From assembly GCA_016839445.1 (NCBI GenBank), contig JAEOUG010000143.1, positions 1 to 15,302 of the forward strand: a stretch of 15,302 nt of DNA, written 5' to 3'. The notes under the pieces are model-generated. The model did no database searches. It saw only the letters and a program-made list of their open reading frames with translations, and was not told the origin of the DNA. Position numbers and translations under genes: made by a program. The first letter of the stretch is position 1, and each line of letters begins with the position of its first letter. Shown here piece after piece: positions 1-8,498 of the stretch. The DNA is from Candidatus Thorarchaeota archaeon. Lineage in GTDB: Archaea; Asgardarchaeota; Thorarchaeia; Thorarchaeales; Thorarchaeaceae.

Positions 1-647
1 CGTTCACGAGCCTTCTGACTCAGCTCAAGCCTGTCAACAACAACCTCGACGTCGTGTTTCTTCCTGGCATCGAGATCGAGTTCCTCGATGTCCAGAGTCT
101 CGCCATCAACGCGAGCACGGATGAAACCATTCTTGATGAGACTATCAAGGGTCTCCTTGTGATTGCCAGTCTCGCCGCGGACCACAGGCGCCAGGACATG
201 TATCCACTGGCCGCCGTTCTCATCCAAGAGAAGTCGGGCTGCGGACTCTGCGGTAAGCTGCTCCATGGGTCGTTTGCATTGAAGACAGTGAGCTGTCCCA
301 GTGTTCGCGTAGAGTAGCCTCAGGTAATCATGGATCTCCGTGCTTGTGCCGACTGTGCTTCGAGGATTTCTCGTCCTCCCTTTCTGCTCAATGGAGATGG
401 CAGGTGGGAGTCCTGTGATCTTCTCAACCTTCGGCTTGTCCAGTCTGCCGAGGAATCGTCGCGCGTAGGATGAGAGTGACTCAACATAACGCCGCTGCCC
501 CTCCGCGAAGATAGTGTCGAAGACCAAGGTGCTCTTCCCAGACCCGCTGGGCCCGGTCACAACAACAAGACGGTCTCGAGGGATATCGACGTCAATGCCC
601 TTGAGGTTGTGTTCCTCGGCCTTCTTGACTTTGATGTAGCCCGTCAC
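1..647 (-). CDS. uvrA: Second excinuclease ABC subunit A (UvrA paralog), N-terminal ~215 aa, truncated by the window edge
   Basis: Not in the ORF track; translated by hand from GTG at 647 with no stop down to position 1: MTGYIKVKKAEEHNLKGIDVDIPRDRLVVVTGPSGSGKSTLVFDTIFAEGQRRYVESLSSYARRFLG...NPRSTVGTSTEIHDYLRLLY...HCLQC...LAPVVRG...GFIRARVDGE...EVVVDRL. It contains Walker A, the first Zn CxxC and the UvrB-binding region. The start overlaps the upstream uvrA stop (GTGA at 647-644), a GGGGAGG SD lies ~10 nt upstream, and an in-frame TAG three codons upstream fixes the start. Confidence 0.95.
   Translation of the reverse strand, partial: MTGYIKVKKAEEHNLKGIDVDIPRDRLVVVTGPSGSGKSTLVFDTIFAEGQRRYVESLSSYARRFLGRLDKPKVEKITGLPPAISIEQKGRTRNPRSTVGTSTEIHDYLRLLYANTGTAHCLQCKRPMEQLTAESAARLLLDENGGQWIHVLAPVVRGETGNHKETLDSLIKNGFIRARVDGETLDIEELDLDARKKHDVEVVVDRLELSQKARE
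505..528. repeat. 24-nt exact direct repeat shared by the two uvrA paralogs (copy 1; copy 2 at 3378-3401)
   Basis: gcgaagatagtgtcgaagaccaag occurs at 505-528 and at 3378-3401. On the minus strand it encodes LVFDTIFA just after Walker A in both genes. Confidence 0.9.
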
Positions 648-3574
648 TTTCCGCTAGCCTCCCCCTTCGTTTTTGATGATGCTATCTTGACTGCCTCAGG
701 GTCATCTGAGAGGAGCTCCTTGAGATAGTGCCCCGTGAATGAATCCTTAGCCTTGACTATCTCCTCGGGCGGTCCCTCTGCGACAAGATACCCACCTTCA
801 TCGCCGCCCTCAGGGCCGAGATCGATAACCCAATCCGCGGTCTTCACTACATCCAGCTGATGTTCAATGACCAAGACTGTGTTCCCGAGATCGACTAGTC
901 GATGCAAGACCTCGAGAAGCTTCTTGATGTCAGCGAAGTGGAGGCCTGTTGTAGGCTCGTCTAGCAGAATCATCGTCTGCCCTGTCGCGGGCCTCGAGAG
1001 ATACTTGCTCAACTTGATGCGTTGCGCTTCTCCGCCGCTCAAGGTTGTTGCAGGCTGCCCGAGTTTCACATAACCCATTCCTACGGCACAGAGGGTTTCC
1101 AGCTTCCTGTAGACTGACGGGATTCCCTCGAAGAACTTGATAGCCTCGTCTATACGCATGTCGAGCACGTCCGCGATGTTCTTACCGCGGAAGCGCACCT
1201 GCAGGGTCTCTCGGTTGTATCGCCGGCCCTTGCACTCACTACATGTCACTTCGACAGGAGGCAGAAACTGCATCTCAATGGTCTCGACACCAGCCCCCTT
1301 GCAGACCTCACATCGACCCGCCTTCACATTGAAGCTGAAACGCCCCGGCTGGTATCCTCTGATCTTCGACTCGGGAAGACTGGCATAGAGCTCTCTCAGT
1401 GGGGTCCAGAGACCTACATATGTGGCTGGATTGCTGCGTGGAGTACGGCCTATGGGGCTCTGGTCAATGACGATCACCTTGTCGAGTTGCTCGACTCCAA
1501 CTATCTCATCATGTGCGCCGGGCTTGTCTTCAGCTCTGTGGAACCGACGGGCAAGTTCGCGCTGGAGGGTTTCAACGATCAGACTTGACTTACCGCTACC
1601 TGAGACTCCCGTGACAGACACGAAGAGGCCCAGAGGAATCTTCACGTCGATTGACTTGAGGTTGTTATGCTTGCAGCCCTTGACTTCTATGTAGCGACCA
1701 TTAGGTTTGCGGCGTTCGCTCGGCACGAGAATCTTCTCATCGCCTCGTAGGAACCTGCCAGTGACCGAGTTCTTCGCTTTCAGAATGTCGGCAAGCTGGC
1801 CAGCGACAACGACCTCTCCACCTTCAGCACCTGCGCCCGGACCCAAGTCGATGACATAGTCGGCACTGCGAATGGTCTCCTCATCGTGCTCAACGACAAG
1901 GACGGTGTTGCCGACGTCCCTGAGGTTCCTCAGGGACCTCAGAAGGCGCTGGTTGTCTCGCGCATGGAGCCCGATACTCGGCTCATCGCACACATAGGTG
2001 ACTCCAACGAGGTTCGACCCGATCTGGCTTGCCAGACGAATACGCTGAGCCTCTCCGCCAGCCAAGGATGGTGCGTTCCTGTCCAGAGTCAGGTAGTCCA
2101 GCCCGACGTCCCTCAGGAACCCAATGCGTCCGCGAATCTCATTGAGGATTGGCTCGGACACAGGTTTCATCCTGGCGGGTATCTTCACACTGTCCACGAA
2201 CTCCTGCAGCTGTTTCACGGACATGGTGGAGACCTCCGAGATTGACTTCCCAGCAATCTTCACAGCTTGTGACTCAGGGCGAATCCGGTTGCCCCTGCAC
2301 ACTGGGCAGGGCTGCTCGGACATCATCTTCTCAATCTCGCGGCGGCGCCACTCAGACTTTGTCGTCCTATACATGCGCTTCTGCCGGGTCAGAAAGCCCT
2401 CGAAGGTCCGATTGAAGGTTCCCTCCCACTGCACCTCGAAGTCGGGGTTGTCTCCGGTCCACTTCGATTCGTAGGTCTCCTTGGTGCCATGGAAGATAAC
2501 ATGCTTCTGTGCATCGGTCAGGTCCTTCCATGGAGTGTCGAGTGTGAAGCCGTGATTCTTCGCCACCTGCTTCATCATCTTCCGTTTGAGGACCCACTGG
2601 TCCGGAATCATGGCACCTTCGTTAAGGGAGAGATTCGGATCCTTGATGAAGAGGTCAGTATCAAACTCCCTGATGACACCTATGCCCGTGCACTTGGGGC
2701 AGGCACCCTGGGGAGTGTTCCAGGAGAATATGCGGGGCTCCATCTCAGGCAGGCTGATGCCGCAGTCGACGCAAGCAAACTGCTCTGAGAGCGTGATATC
2801 GCCTTCAGGTGTCACGATAGTCACTACGCCCTCGGCCATGTTCAGAGATGTCTCCACAGCCTCTGATATCCTTCCTCTCTCTGAGTCCTTGACCGAGAGC
2901 CGGTCCACGATGACCTCGATGGTGTGCTCGAAGTAGCGGTCGAGTGACAGGCCATCTTCTATGTCAATGACCTCGCCATCCACACGGGCTCTGACAAAGC
3001 CCCTCTTGAGAAGGTCTCTGAACTCCTTTCGATACTCACCCTTTCGTCCCCTGACTATTGGAGCAAGGATTTGAATGGAAGTGCCCTCTTTCATCTCGAG
3101 GACACGGTCAACTATCTGCTGTGATGTCTGTGGCTCGATCTTCTTGCCACAACTGGGGCAGTGTGGTGTTCCTACACGGGCGAACAGAAGTCGGAGGTAG
3201 TCGTAGATCTCAGTAATCGTACCGACTGTGCTGCGCGGATTCCTGCCGACGCTCTTCTGGTCAATGGAGATTGAGGGCGAGAGACCTGACATATAGTCGA
3301 CTTTCGGCTTCTCAAGCATCCCCAGGAACTGACGAGCGTAGGGAGAGAGGGACTCAACGAAACGACGTTGACCCTCAGCGAAGATAGTGTCGAAGACCAA
3401 GCTAGACTTGCCGCTGCCTGAGACCCCCGTGACCACTGTCATGCTGTTCTTGGGAATCTCCACGTTGATGTGACGAAGATTGTGTTCTGCAGCCCCAACG
3501 ACCACTATGGAACGAGAGCCCTCATAGTCACTCTCGTCAACCTCTGTGGTTCGTTTCTTCGTGGCTGACTTCAC
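644..3574 (-). CDS. uvrA: Excinuclease ABC subunit A (UvrA), 976 aa
   Basis: Two Walker A motifs (GVSGSGKSS twice), Walker B motifs DEPSIGLH and LDEPTTGLH, signatures LAGGEAQR and LSGGEAQR. Zn ligands CPSC, CVDC, CPKC, CPVC, CEVC, CSEC and the DQSPIGRTPRSNPATY motif are present. The GTG start overlaps the uvrB stop (GTGA at 3574-3571). Confidence 0.98.
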   Translation of the reverse strand: MKSATKKRTTEVDESDYEGSRSIVVVGAAEHNLRHINVEIPKNSMTVVTGVSGSGKSSLVFDTIFAEGQRRFVESLSPYARQFLGMLEKPKVDYMSGLSPSISIDQKSVGRNPRSTVGTITEIYDYLRLLFARVGTPHCPSCGKKIEPQTSQQIVDRVLEMKEGTSIQILAPIVRGRKGEYRKEFRDLLKRGFVRARVDGEVIDIEDGLSLDRYFEHTIEVIVDRLSVKDSERGRISEAVETSLNMAEGVVTIVTPEGDITLSEQFACVDCGISLPEMEPRIFSWNTPQGACPKCTGIGVIREFDTDLFIKDPNLSLNEGAMIPDQWVLKRKMMKQVAKNHGFTLDTPWKDLTDAQKHVIFHGTKETYESKWTGDNPDFEVQWEGTFNRTFEGFLTRQKRMYRTTKSEWRRREIEKMMSEQPCPVCRGNRIRPESQAVKIAGKSISEVSTMSVKQLQEFVDSVKIPARMKPVSEPILNEIRGRIGFLRDVGLDYLTLDRNAPSLAGGEAQRIRLASQIGSNLVGVTYVCDEPSIGLHARDNQRLLRSLRNLRDVGNTVLVVEHDEETIRSADYVIDLGPGAGAEGGEVVVAGQLADILKAKNSVTGRFLRGDEKILVPSERRKPNGRYIEVKGCKHNNLKSIDVKIPLGLFVSVTGVSGSGKSSLIVETLQRELARRFHRAEDKPGAHDEIVGVEQLDKVIVIDQSPIGRTPRSNPATYVGLWTPLRELYASLPESKIRGYQPGRFSFNVKAGRCEVCKGAGVETIEMQFLPPVEVTCSECKGRRYNRETLQVRFRGKNIADVLDMRIDEAIKFFEGIPSVYRKLETLCAVGMGYVKLGQPATTLSGGEAQRIKLSKYLSRPATGQTMILLDEPTTGLHFADIKKLLEVLHRLVDLGNTVLVIEHQLDVVKTADWVIDLGPEGGDEGGYLVAEGPPEEIVKAKDSFTGHYLKELLSDDPEAVKIASSKTKGEASGK

Positions 3575-5556
3575 TGCTGCATTCCCTCAATCCTCTTCCG
3601 GAGCCTGGCTATCTCATCCCTGAGCTTCGCGGCGCGCTCGAACTCAAGGTTCCGCGCGGCCTCCTTCATCTGCTCCTCCATGTCAACGATGTAGTCTGTG
3701 AGTTCGTCGACCTCAAATGGATCGAAGTCAGGTAGCTTCGTCTGAACGCTGACTTCCTCACGCATGATACCCTCTGCGATGTCGCGGATGTCTTTCTTGA
3801 TGGTCCGAGGCGTGATGCCCTGCTCCTCGTTGTACTTCTTCTGATACTTCCTGCGGCGATTCGTCTCGTCTATGGCACTCTTCATTGCAGCCGACGTGTG
3901 GTCACCGTATAGGATGACGCGACCGTTCGCGTTTCTCGATGCCCTACCCATAGTCTGAATGAGTGCCCAGTCTGTTCGCAGGAATCCCTCCTTGTCCGCG
4001 TCGAGAATCGCCACGAGGCCAACCTCTGGGAGGTCCAGACCTTCACGGAGCAGGTTGATTCCTACCAGAACGTCAAACTTCCCTTGCCTTAGCTGCCGAA
4101 TGATCTCAATCCTCTCAACAGTGCCAATGTCGGAGTGAAGATACCTTGCTTTGATTCCTGCCTCTACAAGGTACTCCGAGAGCATCTCAGCTGTCTTCTT
4201 CGTAAGCGTCGTGACTAGTACACGGTCTCCCTGCCCTGTTGTCTTGTGAATCTCTCCAAGGAGGTGGTCTACCTGACCAACCACGGGCATGACTGTGACT
4301 TCTGGATCGAGAAGTCCTGTTGGTCTGAGGAGCTGCTCCACAATCTGCTTGCTCTTTTTGCGCTCGTAGGGCCCTGGCGTTGCACTGGTGTAGACAACGT
4401 GGCGCATGTACATCTCGAACTCGTTGAACTTCAGAGGCCTGTTGTCGAACGCCGAGGGTAACCTGAATCCGAAGTCCACCAGGTTCTGCTTTCGTGACAG
4501 GTCTCCGTGGAACATACCTCTCACCTGTGGGATGGTCATGTGGGACTCATCGATGATCATGAGGAAGTCCTTCGGGAAGTAGTCAAGGAGGGTGTAGGGC
4601 TTCTCGCCCTCATCGCGCCCTTCTATGAGGCGGGAGTAGTTCTCGACTCCCTGACATGTACCAGTAGCGCGGAGCATCTCCATGTCATAGAGCGTCCTTC
4701 GTCTGAGGCGATCAGCCTCGACGGGTTTGTCCTGCTGCTTGAACCACTCAACACGCTCCTCCATCTCCTGTTCGATGAGTGGGAGCGCTCTGAGGATGTT
4801 CTCCTCGCGTGCAATGTGATGTCTTGCGGGATAGAGCTCGAACCAGTCCATATCGTATAGACGCCTCGATGTCACTCCGTGAATCACCGAGATCCTATCG
4901 ACAACATCTCCGTTCAGCTCGATGCGCACACTGTTCTGTGCCGCTGCAGGGTATACCTCAACGACATCACCGCGGACTCTGAAGACGCCTGGCTTGACCT
5001 CCATGTCATTTCGTTCGTACTGCATGGAAACAAGCCGCTCGAGGAGTTGACGACGGTCAACTCTGCTGTTCTTCTCAAGGTACATCCGGAAGTGGTCGTA
5101 CTCTGAAGGGTCTCCGACACCGTAGATGCAGGACACTGACGCGACCACAATGACATCCTTTCGAGACCGTAGGGCGCCAGTGGCGGAGTGTCTGAGCCTC
5201 TCAATCTCTGCGTTGATGTCGGCCTCCTTCTCAATGTACATGTCCTTACTCGGAACATAGGCCTCTGGTTGATAGTAGTCGTAGTATGAAACATAGTACT
5301 CTACTGAGCTCTCAGGGAAGAACTGCTTGTACTCAGAGGCGAGCTGAGCGGCCAGGGTCTTGTTGTGAGAGATGACAAGCGCGGGTTTCTGATAGGCCTC
5401 GATGACATTGGCCATAGTGAAAGTCTTGCCCGATCCCGTCACGCCGAGAAGGGTCTGATGGTCCAACCCACTGTTGAGACCCTCCACTATCTTGTCTACT
5501 GCCTGTGGCTGGTCACCTGTGGGTTCGAAGGGTGCCTCTAGTTTGAAGTCCGCCAT
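3571..5556 (-). CDS. uvrB: Excinuclease ABC subunit B (UvrB), 661 aa
   Basis: Motifs PTGDQPQA, GVTGSGKTFTMA, HNKTLAAQL, beta-hairpin YYDYYQPEAY, DESH, SATPG, GINLLREGLDLPEV and C-terminal UVR domain LEFERAAKLRDEI. Start moved from 5739 to the ATG at 5556 (MADFKLEAPF), where UvrB homology begins and a GAGGGAAG purine tract precedes the codon. Confidence 0.97.
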   Translation of the reverse strand: MADFKLEAPFEPTGDQPQAVDKIVEGLNSGLDHQTLLGVTGSGKTFTMANVIEAYQKPALVISHNKTLAAQLASEYKQFFPESSVEYYVSYYDYYQPEAYVPSKDMYIEKEADINAEIERLRHSATGALRSRKDVIVVASVSCIYGVGDPSEYDHFRMYLEKNSRVDRRQLLERLVSMQYERNDMEVKPGVFRVRGDVVEVYPAAAQNSVRIELNGDVVDRISVIHGVTSRRLYDMDWFELYPARHHIAREENILRALPLIEQEMEERVEWFKQQDKPVEADRLRRRTLYDMEMLRATGTCQGVENYSRLIEGRDEGEKPYTLLDYFPKDFLMIIDESHMTIPQVRGMFHGDLSRKQNLVDFGFRLPSAFDNRPLKFNEFEMYMRHVVYTSATPGPYERKKSKQIVEQLLRPTGLLDPEVTVMPVVGQVDHLLGEIHKTTGQGDRVLVTTLTKKTAEMLSEYLVEAGIKARYLHSDIGTVERIEIIRQLRQGKFDVLVGINLLREGLDLPEVGLVAILDADKEGFLRTDWALIQTMGRASRNANGRVILYGDHTSAAMKSAIDETNRRRKYQKKYNEEQGITPRTIKKDIRDIAEGIMREEVSVQTKLPDFDPFEVDELTDYIVDMEEQMKEAARNLEFERAAKLRDEIARLRKRIEGMQQ

Positions 5557-5897
5557 CTGCTCTTCCCTCGGACATCGCGCTGCTCGCGCGCATGTTACTA
5601 ACTCTTTGGGTATCTGCTGTGTTTCGGGTACGCGTGTGATGGTGCTTCTGCTAGTATCTTCTCGCATGGAGGAGTGTATTTCATCGAACACACGTAACCG
5701 GGAGAGGTAGTCGAAACTAACTCGAGCAGGACCCAACAATCACAGGGCGATGAGGTTCCGTATTAATCTCTGAAGCTCGGAAATCATGAGAAGAAGCAAG
5801 GATCCTTATACAGCCCCTCCCTAAGGCCAAGATGAAAGCGTCGAGAGCGCTGACTCCGCCGCTCTACTAGGATGGCTAACCTCCATTGGACTTAGAG

Positions 5898-5951
5898 TTT
5901 ATTACATGCTTGTCGATACTTTATGACCGTTAGGAGTAGATATTGAAGGAG
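5898..5951 (+). promoter_or_regulatory. Candidate TATA-like box(es) and ribosome-binding site for the hdr operon
   Basis: TTTATTA at 5898-5904 and a second TTTATG near 5920 in an AT-richer stretch. AAGGAG at 5946-5951 lies 5 nt before the ATG at 5957. Confidence 0.45.
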
Positions 5952-5956
5952 AATAC

Positions 5957-8494
5957 ATGACAACCACTCACTCTGATGAGAGTAGCACAGGGCCCGAGAG
6001 GGAAGCAATCACAGAGGGAGACGTTCGGATAGGTGTCTTTCCGTGTAAGTGTGGTAAGAACATAGGCGGAGTCGTCGATGTTGAAGCCTTGGCTGAGTAT
6101 GCCAGGACTCTGCCGAACGTTGTATTCGTTCAAGTCAACAGATACACATGTGCGGATCCTGGACAGCGTGAGATACAGACAGCAATCAAGGAACACGGCT
6201 TGAACCGCGTCGTTGTGGCATCATGTAGCCCGACAATGCATGAAGACACCTTCAGGAAGACTCTCAGGGCCGCAGGACTCAACCCGTACCTATGCATCAT
6301 GGCGAACATCCGAGAGCATGTCTCTTGGGTTCACGCTAACGAACCGGAGCTGGCAACCGAGAAGGCCAAGGATCTTGTCGCCATGGCAGTGAACGCGGCC
6401 TCTACACTTGAGCCGCAGCGAGAACAGGAGGTGCAGGTGACTCAGGCGGCTCTTGTGGTCGGAGCAGGTGTTGCAGGTATGCAGGCCTCTCTCGACTTGG
6501 CAGATGCGGGCTTCAAGGTGTACCTGATCGAGAAGGAGCCAACGATAGGGGGTATCATGGCGATACTGGACAAGGTCTTCCCCCAGAACGACTGTTCCAT
6601 CTGCATCCTTGGACCGAAGATGGTGGATGTCGCAAAACACCCCAATATCAAGCTCATCACCATGGCCGAAGTCGAGAGCATCTCCGGGTACGTGGGCAAC
6701 TTCCATGTTCAGGTCAAGCAGAAGCCCCGCTTCATAGACCTCAGCAAGTGCACTGCCTGCGGAGAGTGTGCAGAGGTCTGCCCAGTTGATATTCCAAAGA
6801 GAACAGACCAGAACCTGACCTGGCAAAAGGCCATTCAGATACCCTTCCCGCAGGCTGTACCGTCTGCCTATTTCATCGATCCAGACGCGTGCCTGGGCAT
6901 GGACATCATTCGGTGCGGGAAATGCCTTGACCGATGCGAACAGGAAGCCGTCATTCCATCCGACAGGAGTAGACAGATCGAGTTCGATGTGGGGGTCATC
7001 ATTCTTGCGACCGGTTTCAGCCCCTCAGACCCAAGCAAGATACCTCGCCTTGGGTGGGGCAGATACCCTAATGTCATAACGACGTTGGAGTTCGAGCGTC
7101 TTATTAACGCGGCAGGGCCCACAGAGGGGCACCTCGTCAGACCGTCAGATCTCACGCAACCCAAGTCCGTGGCGATCATCCAGTGTGTGGGTTCTCGTAG
7201 CAAAGATACACGGATGGCATGCTCGACCTTCTGCTGTGCAGAATCAGTGAAGTGCGCCCTTCTCATCAAGGAGCACTATCCTGACACCGAGGTCACCATC
7301 TACTATCAGGACCTCAGAATGCACGGCAAGTACTTCGAAGATCAATACCTCAAGGCAAGGGAGGATGGAGTCAGATTCATTCGAGGCAGGGTGGGCGAGA
7401 TACAGCAGTACCCTGCAACCAAGAACCTGCGCCTCAGCGTCGAGGACACGACACACAACAAGATGCTTATGCCGGAATGCGACATGGCGATTCTCTCCCT
7501 GGGTGCTGAAGGATCTGCTGGCAACTTCCCGCTCCCAGTCTCGTGCACAAGCGACTCCTTCTACATCGAGTCCCATCCGAAGCTCCGACCTGTCGACACA
7601 AGCTCCGCGGGCGTCTTCATCTGCGGGGGAGCGGAGAGCCCGAAGGACATCCGGGACTCCGTGATACAGGCGAGTGCGGCCGCTGGAAGAGCAGGGATCA
7701 TCCTCCAGAGGGGGCACTACCCGATTGAGGCCCTTGCAGCTCGGATAATGCAGGACAAGTGTACCAGATGTGGCACCTGCGAAACTCGCTGTCCGTACGG
7801 CGCAATTGTGAAAGATGGAACTGGTAAGTTCACTGTCAACGGTGCGCTCTGCCAGGCATGTGGAACCTGCGCCGGAGACTGCCCGCAGGACGCCATCTAC
7901 ATGCCGAATTTCACCAACGAACAGATAGAGGCTCAGATCGAAACAGCTCTTAGCGATAAGCCCGAGGAAAAGGTCATTGCGTTCGCATGCGCGTTCTGCT
8001 CATACCGGGGGTCCGACCTTGCAGGGATTTCGCGGATGCAATACCCCTCAAACGCACGTGTTATCAGGGCGATGTGTTCCGGCCGATTCTCGACGAAGTT
8101 CGCCCAGAAGGCCTTTGAGCTGGGAGCGGGGGCCGTACTCTACTCCGGCTGCCATCTCCCGGCAGACTGCCATTTCCAGAGTGGCAACCACTGGATGGCA
8201 AAACGAGAGCCCAGAATCCGGACATGGATGAAGCGAAACAACATTGACGACAATCGCTTCAGAGTAGAATGGGTGTCAGCAGGGGAAGGCAAGAAGTGGC
8301 AGATCATCATGACCGAGCTGGCCAGCGTCGTGAATTCCGGAGTGAAGGCCATACCGCCCCCGAATACACCAAGCCAGGAAACTGGAAGAGATCGCCCGGG
8401 GCCCTCATCCAAGAAGAAGGCAGCCTCGGGGCGGCCCGCCAAGAAGCCCTCTGAGAGGTCCACCAGAAGCAAGCATAGGAAGGAGGCGTCGTGA
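5957..8494 (+). CDS. hdrA: Heterodisulfide reductase subunit A fused to a C-terminal MvhD ([2Fe-2S]) domain, 845 aa
   Basis: N-terminal CKCGKNIGG, YTCADPGQ and ASCSP; FAD-binding VVGAGVAG; DKVFPQNDCSICILGPKM. Inserted ferredoxin CTACGECAEVCP, then LEFERL and QCVGSR...CSTFCC. C-terminal ferredoxin CTRCGTCETRCP / CQACGTCAGDCP, followed by MvhD motifs FACAFCSYRGSDLAG, MCSGR, GCHLPADCHF and WVSAGEG. Confidence 0.96.
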   Translation: MTTTHSDESSTGPEREAITEGDVRIGVFPCKCGKNIGGVVDVEALAEYARTLPNVVFVQVNRYTCADPGQREIQTAIKEHGLNRVVVASCSPTMHEDTFRKTLRAAGLNPYLCIMANIREHVSWVHANEPELATEKAKDLVAMAVNAASTLEPQREQEVQVTQAALVVGAGVAGMQASLDLADAGFKVYLIEKEPTIGGIMAILDKVFPQNDCSICILGPKMVDVAKHPNIKLITMAEVESISGYVGNFHVQVKQKPRFIDLSKCTACGECAEVCPVDIPKRTDQNLTWQKAIQIPFPQAVPSAYFIDPDACLGMDIIRCGKCLDRCEQEAVIPSDRSRQIEFDVGVIILATGFSPSDPSKIPRLGWGRYPNVITTLEFERLINAAGPTEGHLVRPSDLTQPKSVAIIQCVGSRSKDTRMACSTFCCAESVKCALLIKEHYPDTEVTIYYQDLRMHGKYFEDQYLKAREDGVRFIRGRVGEIQQYPATKNLRLSVEDTTHNKMLMPECDMAILSLGAEGSAGNFPLPVSCTSDSFYIESHPKLRPVDTSSAGVFICGGAESPKDIRDSVIQASAAAGRAGIILQRGHYPIEALAARIMQDKCTRCGTCETRCPYGAIVKDGTGKFTVNGALCQACGTCAGDCPQDAIYMPNFTNEQIEAQIETALSDKPEEKVIAFACAFCSYRGSDLAGISRMQYPSNARVIRAMCSGRFSTKFAQKAFELGAGAVLYSGCHLPADCHFQSGNHWMAKREPRIRTWMKRNNIDDNRFRVEWVSAGEGKKWQIIMTELASVVNSGVKAIPPPNTPSQETGRDRPGPSSKKKAASGRPAKKPSERSTRSKHRKEAS

Positions 8495-8498
8495 AATA

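Noticed and set aside
640-665. Programmed -1 frameshift fusing the two uvrA genes into a double-length UvrA
   Set aside because: The junction reads C GGA AAG TGA, not a canonical X XXY YYZ heptamer. The second frame has a TAG three codons upstream, and a good SD plus GTGA overlap explains it as ordinary coupling.
5557-5739. 61-aa N-terminal extension of UvrB in the ORF track
   Set aside because: No UvrB-like sequence before MADFKL, and ATG 5556 has its own SD-like tract.
5745-5800. GGGCGATGAGG resembling the 5' end of a fluoride riboswitch, or a C/D-box sRNA (GCGATGA...CTGA)
   Set aside because: The P1 partner and the downstream UAAUG/UGAUG-RCCUC pseudoknot partner are missing. C' and D boxes are not convincingly placed.
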